64,000 nt of DNA from Candidatus Heimdallarchaeota archaeon (GCA_021399345.1 JAAFKI010000112.1:96001-160000); one strand, 5' to 3'. Positions 26,450-36,993 are shown, numbered from the stretch's first letter. The notes: generated by a model from the sequence alone, not told the origin. A program made the numbers and translations.

Positions 26450-27474
26450 ACAACAATAATCGTTTCGTCCTTTTTCGTTTTAAATAAAGGTAAAATTAAT
26501 CCAGAAATAGCTACTATAACTAATCCAATCCACTGGATTCCTGAAGGTCTCTCGGCGAGAAAAATCACTGCCAGTATTGTTATTTGAAACAACATAGTAT
26601 TATTGATAATTGAGATTTCAACAGCTCTCAGTTTCTGCATAGCATGGTTCCAAAGAGTAAAAGCTAAAGCAGTATTTACAATGCTTAACCAGAGTATATA
26701 TCCTACGGAGACAGGGGATAGTTTAGGTATTCCTTCTACAATAAGACCAGAAATTAGTAAAATCACAGATCCTATAAACATGCTAACTGAAGTGATAACA
26801 ACTGAACTTACTTCTTTAGATTGGTTTATTGATCTTCCAATAATTGCTGAAAACGCATTTGCTAAAACCCCCACAATGACAATTATAAGTCCTAAAATAC
26901 GCAAATTAAGTGGAATTGAACCAGAAGAGGATATGAAAAGTTGCATATATCCTGAGACTATGTTAAATTGAGTACTGATTAATTCAGGACTTAGAAGAAA
27001 GTAAAGTAAAGCTCCTCCCAAAGCAACAATAACTAATAGAAATTGTACCGCGTTTGACTTCTCCTTTAGTAGTGTGTTCGCAAAAAAGAGGACAATAATG
27101 GGAGTAAAACTAAGTAAGAGACTTACAGTGATTGCAGGAAGATACTGTAAACCAAGAAATTGTGCACCTTGAGTTATAGAATAAAAAATAACCCCATAAA
27201 ATACTAGTTTTGACCACCATCTCACTGATAGATTCTTAATTTCATGTCTATATTTTGAAAAAGAAAATACATAGATAAGAAGGATAGCTGAAGCAACAAA
27301 ATATCTCATCCCCGCAAAAATTAGTGGGGGAATCTCCTCAAGACCGAATTTTATTATTGGCCAAGATGATGACCACAGGATTGTAACAAAAAACGCTTGA
27401 AAAACGGTAAATCCCCGCTTATTTGTCAATCTAGATATTCGATGCATACTTGTTTCACACCTATCCACAAACAA
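26440..27474 (-). CDS. DMT/EamA family transporter
   Basis: LWSSSWPIIKFGL...PPLIFAGMRY; 10 TM in two repeats; LAERPSGIQWIG. Confidence 0.92.
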   Translation of the reverse strand: MFVDRCETSMHRISRLTNKRGFTVFQAFFVTILWSSSWPIIKFGLEEIPPLIFAGMRYFVASAILLIYVFSFSKYRHEIKNLSVRWWSKLVFYGVIFYSITQGAQFLGLQYLPAITVSLLLSFTPIIVLFFANTLLKEKSNAVQFLLVIVALGGALLYFLLSPELISTQFNIVSGYMQLFISSSGSIPLNLRILGLIIVIVGVLANAFSAIIGRSINQSKEVSSVVITSVSMFIGSVILLISGLIVEGIPKLSPVSVGYILWLSIVNTALAFTLWNHAMQKLRAVEISIINNTMLFQITILAVIFLAERPSGIQWIGLVIVAISGLILPLFKTKKDETIIVVQE

Positions 27475-27502
27475 TTAAGAGATTACAACTAAATTAAATT
27501 TT

Positions 27503-27520
27503 TCCCGTCATAAGACGGGA
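27503..27520. promoter_or_regulatory. Perfect inverted repeat TCCCGTC-ATAA-GACGGGA upstream of the EamA gene
   Basis: GC-rich palindrome in AT-rich intergenic DNA just upstream of an AT box; operator or hairpin. Confidence 0.5.
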
Positions 27521-27590
27521 GTACAAAAAGAATGAAAAAGGAAAAGGATAAGAAAAAAAGAAAAACAAAGACCCCAGATCTAAAGGAAGA

Positions 27591-28019
27591 TTAGGGAATG
27601 TATCTGAGAGTTTCAAGAAAATCTATAACTCCAGGAGCGCCTTTTTTGATTCCAAATACTCTAAAGGATTCGACAGTTTCCTTAACAAGGTCTACATCAA
27701 TATCCCGTGCAAATCTACAAGCACCAATAGCAAAAATCTTCATTTTTGTTCCAGCTTGAAGATGCTTTTCAAGAGTAGGTCTAGTAATATTTGCAGCTCC
27801 AATTACAAAAAAAGAACCAGATACGCTGGATGTTTCTTTTGTTACTGTTTCAAATGTAAAGGAATTCTTTTCAATCTCCTGTTTGATTGCTGTTCGGATG
27901 AACTCAGTTCGAGTGTTGTAAAAACCTTGATCTACTAGGTAATCAATCTTTCCCAAATCTACAGCGGGAAGGTTTATAGTTATCTTTTCATAGTTTTTTT
28001 CTGCTTTTTTGTCAGACAT
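27591..28019 (-). CDS. CopG/ribbon-helix-helix transcriptional regulator
   Basis: EKITINLPAVDLGKIDYLVDQGFYNTRTEFIRTAIKQEI. Confidence 0.88.
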   Translation of the reverse strand: MSDKKAEKNYEKITINLPAVDLGKIDYLVDQGFYNTRTEFIRTAIKQEIEKNSFTFETVTKETSSVSGSFFVIGAANITRPTLEKHLQAGTKMKIFAIGACRFARDIDVDLVKETVESFRVFGIKKGAPGVIDFLETLRYIP

Positions 28020-28043
28020 AAATACCACCAAAGGATGTTCGAT

Positions 28044-28070
28044 ACCATCCGTGTGGATGGTTATTTATAA
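28044..28070 (-). promoter_or_regulatory. Likely autoregulatory operator ACCATCC-N4-GGATGGT directly downstream of TTATAAAT
   Basis: Perfect palindrome 28044-28061 between the TATA box (28063-28070) and the RHH start. Confidence 0.65.
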
Positions 28071-28276
28071 GTATTTTGATGTACGATTTCGGAAAAAGGG
28101 AGCAGATTTTTCAAAAACGAAGCGTGTAATATGGTTAAATTCTTTGTTACTTTACTTCCGTATGGTTTTGTTTTTTATCAGAGATTATTTCTTCTTCAAA
28201 GTAGCAATAATCTATTTAGTTCGAATATTATAGAAGATAAGCCTTTTATTTAAGCTTAACCTTCACAGTATCACGA

Positions 28277-29212
28277 ATGCAAGAAGACATAGAAGCGGTT
28301 CTGGAAAGGCAAACAGTCTTAGGTAAATTTCTCGATAGGTTAAACTATCGAACACTCCGCTACATATATACATTGATGAATAGAATGTTATCCTCTATTG
28401 ATCGTTTTCTAAGTTCAAATGAAGATAGCATTTATACATTAAGAACAACCCTTTTGTCTTCAATGTCCATGCTTGCACGAACATTTTATCAAAGCTCATT
28501 AGTTGATTATCTTCGTTCAGGAGGTAGAACAGCTACAGAATTTGAAGAAGAGGTAGAACGAGCTTATTTGAAAGGCATGAATGAACGTGAGATGATAGTT
28601 CAAAAAATTGAAAATACGCTAGTTAGAGGCGGGGAACTACTAGAATTAAAAGAGATTGTCAACAAAACTTGGCAGGATATTTATTACAGGACTTCACCAG
28701 AATCCTCAGCGGAGGAAAATCTTCGAAATAACCTATCCTTAGTAATGGAGAAACAAGATGAATATATAACACTGCATAAATCAAATGTAACAAGAATAGA
28801 AAGTCAAGAAGTACAAAAAGATTTGATAAAACAAATAACAGATTTATCATACCAGGCAATTGACCTTGGGGACAAAGCACAAATGACTTTACATGAATTG
28901 CTTGATATCTGTATATTACCGCTAGTATCAATCTATGATGATGAATCCTTGAGCGCAGAAAAAATCTTATCTCAAATTCAGATGCTTGAAACAAAATCCA
29001 AGGATGTTCTAAGTGAGGATGAAATAGGAAAGTTGTGTGATGTTCTTTCTTGGGGATTAGATGATATCAGCAGTTTTGATGATCTAATCAATCTGGGGAA
29101 AGAATTAAGAAATGAATATGCGGCTTTGCTTTCGGAATTTCTGGTATATTTGGTTGATATTGATCTGGGCATTCAAGAGCTTGAATCTTTTATTTTAGAG
29201 AGTGCTGAATAG
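28277..29212 (+). CDS. Hypothetical acidic all-helical protein
   Basis: 311-aa ORF, no recognised motif. Confidence 0.65.
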   Translation: MQEDIEAVLERQTVLGKFLDRLNYRTLRYIYTLMNRMLSSIDRFLSSNEDSIYTLRTTLLSSMSMLARTFYQSSLVDYLRSGGRTATEFEEEVERAYLKGMNEREMIVQKIENTLVRGGELLELKEIVNKTWQDIYYRTSPESSAEENLRNNLSLVMEKQDEYITLHKSNVTRIESQEVQKDLIKQITDLSYQAIDLGDKAQMTLHELLDICILPLVSIYDDESLSAEKILSQIQMLETKSKDVLSEDEIGKLCDVLSWGLDDISSFDDLINLGKELRNEYAALLSEFLVYLVDIDLGIQELESFILESAE

Positions 29213-29261
29213 CAGATGAAAGAAAGAAGGATTTTTATTAAAATCGAAGAACCATAAACTA

Positions 29262-29756
29262 ATGACTTATAATTTATTTCTAAATAGGGATTACTTAACT
29301 TTCTCTTGTGCACATTTTGTAATTGGAGAAAACTTCTATGAACCGCTTCATGGACATAATTATAAGATTTTAATCAATGTTTATGGAACACAAGGAAAAG
29401 ATAACATGGTCATTGATTTCCATGACATTAAAAAAATCTTGAAACCTTTTGTTGATTCTCTGGATCACTATGTTCTTGTACCATCTAATAACAAGTTTCT
29501 AGAAATTACAGAAAAAGATGAACAAGTGATAATCAAAATCCCTCACCTCGATAAAGAATATGAACTTCCTAAATCAGATGTTGTTTTACTCCCTATTGAA
29601 AACACAACTGTAGAAGAGATGAGCCATTATTTTGTTAAACTCCTAGCACAAAGTGAGGAAATTAAAAGAGAAAACATAAGCCAAGTTACAGTTACTGTTT
29701 ATGAGTATGAAGGGCAAGGAGTAACAACTGAATTATTCCCAGTTCATGAGGATTAA
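29262..29756 (+). CDS. 6-pyruvoyl-tetrahydropterin synthase family, PTPS-III-type signature
   Basis: FSCAHF, E-x2-HGH (YEPLHGHNY), LDH, NTTVEE. Confidence 0.8.
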   Translation: MTYNLFLNRDYLTFSCAHFVIGENFYEPLHGHNYKILINVYGTQGKDNMVIDFHDIKKILKPFVDSLDHYVLVPSNNKFLEITEKDEQVIIKIPHLDKEYELPKSDVVLLPIENTTVEEMSHYFVKLLAQSEEIKRENISQVTVTVYEYEGQGVTTELFPVHED

Positions 29757-29757
29757 T

Positions 29758-30519
29758 CTATTTTTTAACTAAAAAAATATCTTGACCAGTGTTAGAACAC
29801 CAATTGATAATTGACTTAGCAATAGTAAATTTTTTCAGTTTTCGTTCTTTGGCTTCTTTGTTCAATTCCGACATTTTAGAATACTTACCTATTTTTGTCC
29901 CAAAATCAAACCCAATTAAGCCAATTTTTGATGCCGACATAAGAGTAGATAAACAAATTATTCTGTCCCCATCAGTAAATCCAAAGAAGTTGAATGAACC
30001 AGGTAAAGGAGTTGTCTGTGTGGAAATTATGAAAGACCCTTTAGAAATTTGAGTAATATTGGCTTTAACGGTGTCTAAGTTATCTCCATGTACATGAACA
30101 ATAGGTATAGATCCTTTAAGTTGAGCAGTTAGTTGATCACCAATTGCCCCATCTAAATCAGTAACTATGAAATTTGGGATAATTCCTTGGGAAATAAGAA
30201 AGGAAGTAGCCCCATCAGCTGATATTAAGATATCTGAAGCCTTAGCATGGTTTTCGAGATATTCCGAAAAGTCTTCTTCTAAATGGATACCAGGAGCAAT
30301 TGCATAAACCAATTTTTCTTCAAGCATGTTTCGCAATTTAATTTCAGAATAATTACTTGGATGGAATCGTATAATTTGTTGAAGGGATTTTAGGTCTTCA
30401 TTATCATCAATATCTAGAAATTCGCAAATCTTTGGATACCAATGTTCATTCCATATTTGTAAAGAAAATTTAAGTTTCTCCAGTTCATTGAAAGAAGATT
30501 TAACTGTGTCAAAAATCAT
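29758..30519 (-). CDS. mptE: 6-hydroxymethyl-7,8-dihydropterin pyrophosphokinase
   Basis: SADGAT, VTDLDG, VHVHGDN, FGFTDGDR, IGFDF...GKYSK...KLKK. Confidence 0.85.
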   Translation of the reverse strand: MIFDTVKSSFNELEKLKFSLQIWNEHWYPKICEFLDIDDNEDLKSLQQIIRFHPSNYSEIKLRNMLEEKLVYAIAPGIHLEEDFSEYLENHAKASDILISADGATSFLISQGIIPNFIVTDLDGAIGDQLTAQLKGSIPIVHVHGDNLDTVKANITQISKGSFIISTQTTPLPGSFNFFGFTDGDRIICLSTLMSASKIGLIGFDFGTKIGKYSKMSELNKEAKERKLKKFTIAKSIINWCSNTGQDIFLVKK

Positions 30520-30817
30520 TTAAATCCCCTTCATCACTTTCTAATTCTTCTATAGTAAATGACCTTCTACTGTGTATACGAGTAAGCTCTGATTCATAGC
30601 GTGCTTCAATATCTCTAAATGTTAGGAAACCAACAATTGTCTTTTGATCCGTTCTATCAACAACTGGAAGACATTCTATTCTATGAGTAGTTAATCGATC
30701 AAAAACTACCGTAAGTGTTTCATCAGGATATGCTACAATGACTTCAGATGTCATACATTCACCAACAGTACTCTTACCTTTTGAGAAACCTTTCTCTGTT
30801 TTTTCCTTCTCTGTCAC
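30509..30817 (-). CDS. CBS domain protein
   Basis: VGECMTSEVIVAYPDETL...LPVVD...VGFLTFRDI. Confidence 0.85.
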   Translation of the reverse strand: MTEKEKTEKGFSKGKSTVGECMTSEVIVAYPDETLTVVFDRLTTHRIECLPVVDRTDQKTIVGFLTFRDIEARYESELTRIHSRRSFTIEELESDEGDLNDF

Positions 30818-31021
30818 AAAGTAATAATAGATTTTAGTGATTTAACTTTATTTGTCATTTTATGTCTTCCATAGATGAATTTGAGTGTTAAGTTCAAACA
30901 ACCAAAGAAGAAGAATAATAAAGGTTTGAACTTGTCCATGACAAAGATTGATTAATTTCTAAGTATTGTATATATTAGGAACCCTCATCTTGAATTAGCT
31001 GTAAAGAAGTAGTGTGGTATC

Positions 31022-33190
31022 ATGCATAAAAAACATCAGAGATTTTTTTCAATGTTTTTCGTTATTTTATTCTTTTTTGTAATATTTAATGGATTGAATG
31101 TTGGAACTGGGGAAGTGCAGATTTACAACAAAACCCTTTCTTCTGAAAACTCTGATGTGAGATTCATTTATATTGATGATCAAGACAGATTGATAGTTCT
31201 TCCACAGGAGGATTCTTACGGAGTTCAACCCTTCGTGCTTGATATTGACGATGATTCTCTTCTTGAAACAGTTATAGTTGCTGATATGGGCGAAACACAG
31301 GGTAAAATAGTATATTTGATTAAAGATGAAAGTGTTGCAAGTGGTTGGCCATTAAAGCTTTACTGGGATATGAATGATGTTGAAATCCTAGGCAGAATGG
31401 ACTTAAACAATGGTAATGATCCTAGGATAATCATACGTTACACTAAAGACATTCTTGATAATATCACAACTTCATTCATTGCAATAGATGTTGAAGGGAA
31501 TATTGATGTATCTTGGGGATTCGAACTTCCCGGTTCCTTTATTTCTCACACAATAGTTTCTGATTTAAATAAAGATGGTAACAAGGAATTTGTTCTCATT
31601 GATAAAAATGAAACAGTATATTATTTGGATAACTTGGGGAACAACATGATGAATTGGCCAATGAAAGTAAATGATTCTACAAATTTCATTCCACCAGTAG
31701 CGGAGGATATCACAAATGATGGAGAAAAGGAGATAATTGTCACCACTGATAAAGGATTCATCTATGCATGGTTCTTAAATGGTTCAATTATAGAGGGGTT
31801 TCCACTTAAAATTAATGTCACATATCCAGTCTTTGAGGAATTTAGGGAGATGCCAATGATAAGTGATTTTAATCTTGATGGTGATGTAGATTTATTCATA
31901 GCGTCCACTGATGCGTATATGTATGGAATAACACTTGATTCTGAGAATAACAAAACATGGGTAGAAGCAATTCCTAATTCAGTGTATACAACTCAAGGCA
32001 TATCGTATGATATTGATAATGATGGACACCAGGAGATTCTTCAATTACTCTACTATGGGCTAGCTGTATATAATGTAACAGAATCTATCAATCTAGAATT
32101 CTACTTTGATGCTGGAAGTAATTATATAGGATCACCAGCAATTGCTGACATAGATGGGGATAATGAAGTAGAAATCATAATCATGAACACCATTTATGCA
32201 TATATTCTTGAACATGATGGAGAAGTTCTTGAACAAATACCAAATTGGATCACAACCGCTAACAAAGTATCACCGATAGTATATGATATTGATAGGGATA
32301 ATGAAATTGAGATCGTACATTTATCATTAGGGGGAGTGATTTTGATTAAGGAAACTAATGATTTTGGAATAGCCCCTTGGGTTTATCCTTTAGGCTCGCC
32401 AACTCACACATCAAATACCGATTTAGATGAAGATGGATTATTAGATTTTGAAGAAGAGATAATAGGTACAGATGTGAATAACAGTGACACAGATGGTGAT
32501 ACAGTGCTAGATGGTCTAGAGGTTAATCAATATGTGCTGAATCCACAAGTTCCGGATACAGACTGGGACAGTGACAGTGATGGGTTGACAAATATTGATG
32601 AAATTGATGTATACCTAACAAACCCGTTGAACCCAGATTCAGATTTTGATACTTTAAACGATGGGGATGAGATTTATGTTTATTTTACCAGCCCATTTTC
32701 TTCAGATTCCGACGAAGATGGAATGCCAGATAACTATGAAATCCTATATGAAAGTCACGACCCGAATGATCCTTCTGATGCACAAGAAGACCCAGATAAT
32801 GACAATCTGATAAATCTAGATGAGAGAGCTATGGGGACTCATCCTGAAGATCCTGACACAGATGGTGATTCTTTACTCGATGGGGATGAGATAAATCGGT
32901 ATTATACTAATCCTCTCCAACCCGATGCTAATTTCGATATGGATGGCGATGGTTTAACCAATGTTGAGGAAGTTGACATCTACGGTACTAATCCTGGTGA
33001 TCCAGACAGTGATCAAGATGGTTATACTGACAAAGAAGAGATTAACGCCAAATCTGATCCTCTTGATCCCAACAGCATTCCTAAAGAAAGATCCAACAAT
33101 TGGATGTATAGTTTCATTGCCATTGTACCTATTGTTATTCTTACTCCCATTTATGTTCGCAGATTATATTCAAGAAGGCTATTGAAATGA
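31022..33190 (+). CDS. Anchored surface protein: FG-GAP-like propeller repeats plus DxDxDG Ca-binding repeats
   Basis: Signal; SDLNKDGNKE, ADIDGDNEVEI, GWP/GFP motifs; about 9 D(T/S)DGDGL.D..E....TNP repeats; C-terminal TM. Confidence 0.8.
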   Translation: MHKKHQRFFSMFFVILFFFVIFNGLNVGTGEVQIYNKTLSSENSDVRFIYIDDQDRLIVLPQEDSYGVQPFVLDIDDDSLLETVIVADMGETQGKIVYLIKDESVASGWPLKLYWDMNDVEILGRMDLNNGNDPRIIIRYTKDILDNITTSFIAIDVEGNIDVSWGFELPGSFISHTIVSDLNKDGNKEFVLIDKNETVYYLDNLGNNMMNWPMKVNDSTNFIPPVAEDITNDGEKEIIVTTDKGFIYAWFLNGSIIEGFPLKINVTYPVFEEFREMPMISDFNLDGDVDLFIASTDAYMYGITLDSENNKTWVEAIPNSVYTTQGISYDIDNDGHQEILQLLYYGLAVYNVTESINLEFYFDAGSNYIGSPAIADIDGDNEVEIIIMNTIYAYILEHDGEVLEQIPNWITTANKVSPIVYDIDRDNEIEIVHLSLGGVILIKETNDFGIAPWVYPLGSPTHTSNTDLDEDGLLDFEEEIIGTDVNNSDTDGDTVLDGLEVNQYVLNPQVPDTDWDSDSDGLTNIDEIDVYLTNPLNPDSDFDTLNDGDEIYVYFTSPFSSDSDEDGMPDNYEILYESHDPNDPSDAQEDPDNDNLINLDERAMGTHPEDPDTDGDSLLDGDEINRYYTNPLQPDANFDMDGDGLTNVEEVDIYGTNPGDPDSDQDGYTDKEEINAKSDPLDPNSIPKERSNNWMYSFIAIVPIVILTPIYVRRLYSRRLLK

Positions 33191-33621
33191 GATGTCCTTA
33201 TTGCGGTTATACCAAAACTGTAAACAAAGAAGGTAAAATACGTGTTTTTACTTGTCCTCGATGTGATTATTTATTTGAAGAACCCCTTAGTAAAGTACTT
33301 CTAGAAAAAGTTCTTTCTGTGCCTTTCTCCAGTTTGATTTATACGCCTCTTTTACTAGTAATAAATTATTACTTTACTCAATTAATCTACAGTGAAAGCA
33401 GTCCTTTATCTTCTGGAGCATTACTGATGTTTCTTATCTTATTAACCGCCATAGTATTGCTTCTTGTGTTCTATATCACAGCGGGAGGAAGCTCTAGGAT
33501 TTTCATTGTTAAACCAACAGAGAATAGAAACTTGATCAAGCAACTAATGGATATTAATTCACTTGTTAAGATTTCAGTTTTTCTGATTATATCCTCCATT
33601 TTTGCTGGAATTTACTTTTGA
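33187..33621 (+). CDS. Zn-ribbon + 3-TM membrane protein
   Basis: CPYC...CPRC then hydrophobic helices; ATGA overlap with the upstream gene. Confidence 0.65.
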   Translation: MRCPYCGYTKTVNKEGKIRVFTCPRCDYLFEEPLSKVLLEKVLSVPFSSLIYTPLLLVINYYFTQLIYSESSPLSSGALLMFLILLTAIVLLLVFYITAGGSSRIFIVKPTENRNLIKQLMDINSLVKISVFLIISSIFAGIYF

Positions 33622-33784
33622 TATAGAATGAATTATATACCAACCCATTTGTTCTTTTCAACTTTATAGAGTATAGCTTTATTGGATATAGAACAACATA
33701 CTACACCAACTTAGTTAACTGACAAATAATTTTGTTTTTCGAGTTAGTTAAAAAGAAAAAGAAAAAGAAAAAGGGAATTAAAAC

Positions 33785-35716
33785 TTATTTCCTTTTGCGG
33801 AAGAATGCAATAAATGCGGCAGCACCTATAGCAGCAATTATTCCAAAGACTGGGAACGGAGTTCTCTCAGGTATTGGATATCCAGCAGCTTCTAACCATT
33901 CGAATGAAGCGTCAATGTCATAATTGTACTTGACGATATCATTGAAGTAGAAGTATGCTTGAGAGGGATATACTACGCTATGAGCGACTTGATATTCACC
34001 GTCATGAATGACAGCGTTAATCTCATCTCTGTTAATAGCATAATTTATTGCTTTTCTAACGGCTACACCTACAGTATATTCTTCTTTACCAGATTCAGAC
34101 AAGTAATCAAAGTTATCAACACCACCGATAAATGGTCTACGAAGATTGTAGAACATAAAAGTCAATGATGAACCGACATAAGTTTGTACTTGGAACTTAG
34201 CGTCTGCTTGCATTTGCTTTCTTTCAGCTGGGAATTCACCTAGACCAACAACGTCTAGTTTTCCTGCTTTGAATTCAGCAAGTGCAGCAGAACTATCTGG
34301 AATTACACGCACGTTAATGTTTTTAACGAATGGAGTCATACCAGTTGTTCCGTCGATTGCACCTTTGCCATACCAGCCATCCCATCTTTCCATTACAGTT
34401 ACAGAGCTTTTGATGGAGTAGTCTAAACTATATTTACCACAACCAAAAGCTGAGGTACTGAAAGCTACCCATTGATCTGTTAAGATCATATTGGCGTATA
34501 AACCGGTTGTTTCAACACCACCTTCTGTGTAAGTAACGGTTGGGTCTGTGGAGTTTAAGAAGAACTCAGGTAAGACATACCATGGGAGCATAGCCCACAT
34601 GTCAGCAAATGGTTCGATTTCTACAGAATCTGGGTCACCATCTATATGGACGTGGAAGGATAACTCATCAAGTGGGTCTACATATATGTCAGATATCCAC
34701 TCATGATAGCTTGTACTTTCACTTATTACTTTATTAGCCCAAGCGACATATGTGAAAACTGCATCTTTTGCAGTAACCTGTTGGTTAGTTCCATCACTGT
34801 ATTCTCCATTCTTCAAACCGACCATTAATTCACCAGTTGGAATGTCTGCTAATGGATCAGAATTTGCATCTCTATCTGTAGAGTTGTAAGATGGGTTCCA
34901 ATAGATATCGTCCATCATCCAGAATTGGTAATGGGTTTCATCAATTTGATCCCAATCATATACGAGTCCTGTCTTCAATGGAGCATAGTCTGGGTTCATT
35001 TGAACAATTGGTTCCATCATCAAACCATAAATGAATGAACTGGAGGCATCATCTGAGAATAATGGATTTAGCTCTTTCCAATTTGCATCTGCATCGTTGT
35101 ATTCGTCAAGACTGTCTTGACCATCATGATAACCAGCATAGCTCATGTATGGTAGGGAATCAGATAATCCCCAACGGGAATCATAACCTAGTGTATTAGC
35201 CCATAGACCAACATATGATCTGGAAGAGTATAATGGTAGAATTGGAATAATTTTGTCCATCATTAACTGTTGCCAATCATAAAGTAATGCTTGTCTTTCT
35301 ACTGGGTCTACTAAGGTTACACTTAGATCCTGCATAATTTCAGATTGGTTACCATATGGTAAATCTGGACCTAACCCGAATATGTTCAATGAACCGTCTT
35401 CCATCCAAACATCTCTTGCGCCTGGAGTAGCACCACCACCAGTTAATGTGACGACACCTAGATCGTAGTTGTGTGTTAGAAATAGTGTTCCTAGGAATAC
35501 TACCCATTCTTCTACTTTGACTTCAACCTCAATACCTATATCTCGCAAGTATTGTGCAATGTACAATCCATAATCAGGCCTTACTCCACCGCCGTTTGTT
35601 TTAAATGTTAAATTTGCGATGGGTTCTTGGGCTTGAAGAGTATTTGCATTAAATGCACTCATCACGATCAAGCTAGAGAGAATAAAAATTGCGAAAATTA
35701 TTGGTTTTTTCTTCAT
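33785..35716 (-). CDS. ABC transporter peptide/nickel substrate-binding protein (family 5)
   Basis: LNPLFSDD, VTAKDAVFTY, GCGKY, AEFKAGKLD, VRKAINYAINRDEI; PFP + TM + RKRK anchor. Confidence 0.85.
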   Translation of the reverse strand: MKKKPIIFAIFILSSLIVMSAFNANTLQAQEPIANLTFKTNGGGVRPDYGLYIAQYLRDIGIEVEVKVEEWVVFLGTLFLTHNYDLGVVTLTGGGATPGARDVWMEDGSLNIFGLGPDLPYGNQSEIMQDLSVTLVDPVERQALLYDWQQLMMDKIIPILPLYSSRSYVGLWANTLGYDSRWGLSDSLPYMSYAGYHDGQDSLDEYNDADANWKELNPLFSDDASSSFIYGLMMEPIVQMNPDYAPLKTGLVYDWDQIDETHYQFWMMDDIYWNPSYNSTDRDANSDPLADIPTGELMVGLKNGEYSDGTNQQVTAKDAVFTYVAWANKVISESTSYHEWISDIYVDPLDELSFHVHIDGDPDSVEIEPFADMWAMLPWYVLPEFFLNSTDPTVTYTEGGVETTGLYANMILTDQWVAFSTSAFGCGKYSLDYSIKSSVTVMERWDGWYGKGAIDGTTGMTPFVKNINVRVIPDSSAALAEFKAGKLDVVGLGEFPAERKQMQADAKFQVQTYVGSSLTFMFYNLRRPFIGGVDNFDYLSESGKEEYTVGVAVRKAINYAINRDEINAVIHDGEYQVAHSVVYPSQAYFYFNDIVKYNYDIDASFEWLEAAGYPIPERTPFPVFGIIAAIGAAAFIAFFRKRK

Positions 35717-35733
35717 TTTAAGCTCACCTTATT

Positions 35734-36993
35734 TTATTTTCTACGACGCACAAAATATAGCATCGATGCTAGCCCGAGTATTGAGACACTTATAAGTATG
35801 CCGAATCCCAAACCAGTTGATTCTGGTAGTTCGCCAATCCATATGTGGAATATTGCTAAGTCTACTTGTAATCTTGGTGCGGCGTGTCCGTAATCTAGTG
35901 CGATATCATCTGCTGCGAATCCGTATACGAGGAAGTATACATAGTTCTGTCCTACGTTCAATCCAGGTAGTGTATTAGTATGAGATATCAATCCTTTATC
36001 GTTCTCGTAACTGTCTCTGGTAGCATTGTAAAATACATTGTCCATAGCTATGTTTGCACTTCCATTCCATATTACTCCAGGATTGTTATTTACTACCCAC
36101 ATAGTTGTCATTGGCCCCATTTCATAGATACTGTCAATAACAACACCATATATATTGGGTACAAGATTCAGATTTGTATCTGAAGCGTTGAAGTTAGCTT
36201 CTATGCTAGCAGTTACATTTGTTCCTTCTATACCTTCGTCTACCTCTGAGTATTGTGTTGCAAATACTGCTTCGGCAACTGGTCTTGGAGCGTCTAACCA
36301 ATTTGTAATATTGTATCCTTGAGAAGGCAAATCTTCGGAAGCGACTGCGTTAGCTGTAACATTTACATTATTGAAGTATGCTGTTTCTACTAACGTTGGA
36401 ATTATATCTTTGTTTTCTCCGACATAGAATCTCTTCGAATCATGAGAATATTCCCAATGCCAACTTGTGTGATTTGCATCAGATACCAATTCCGCTGCGG
36501 TTATTGTTAGATAGTGCCAACCTATATCCATTTGTAATGGAATATCTTGATAGGTTCCTCTATCTGCTCCAACGTCAAAGTTGCTCATACCCATATCATA
36601 TCCATCGAGTAAAACATCCATTGTTCCTGTAAATCGAGTTGAATTGTAAAGATCGGTTCCTGTGTAACCGGCTGTCCAGTTATTTTGGTCTTCAAAGAAC
36701 CATGCATCAGTTTGGAGACCACCACCTAGGGCAACGGCTCCGAACCAAGCTTCAATTGCAACATCGTAGGAAAATGAAAAACTTATGACATCGTTTTGAC
36801 CGAAGACGGAATTGTCATCTAAGAATCTCTCGTCAAATTCAACCCAACAATAGCCCATATCTATATAAGCTGATGGTACGTAGTTGATTGTGACGTCTAC
36901 TTTGTTGTCGTCAGTTGCTGCATTTGATAAAGCAACAAATCCGACAGTAGATACTACAAAAAGGAAAATTAAAATTAGTCCTTTCTTATTCAT
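35734..36993 (-). CDS. Secreted acidic glycoprotein with C-terminal anchor
   Basis: Signal peptide; many NxS/T sequons; GLGFG + TM + RRRK. Confidence 0.7.
   Translation of the reverse strand: MNKKGLILIFLFVVSTVGFVALSNAATDDNKVDVTINYVPSAYIDMGYCWVEFDERFLDDNSVFGQNDVISFSFSYDVAIEAWFGAVALGGGLQTDAWFFEDQNNWTAGYTGTDLYNSTRFTGTMDVLLDGYDMGMSNFDVGADRGTYQDIPLQMDIGWHYLTITAAELVSDANHTSWHWEYSHDSKRFYVGENKDIIPTLVETAYFNNVNVTANAVASEDLPSQGYNITNWLDAPRPVAEAVFATQYSEVDEGIEGTNVTASIEANFNASDTNLNLVPNIYGVVIDSIYEMGPMTTMWVVNNNPGVIWNGSANIAMDNVFYNATRDSYENDKGLISHTNTLPGLNVGQNYVYFLVYGFAADDIALDYGHAAPRLQVDLAIFHIWIGELPESTGLGFGILISVSILGLASMLYFVRRRK

Noticed and set aside
28009-28233. 74-aa + strand ORF
   Set aside because: Spans a divergent promoter and operator, low-complexity F/Y/I composition, overlaps the RHH start
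32420-33080. DNA tandem repeat or array
   Set aside because: Explained by protein-level DxDxDG repeats in the coding sequence
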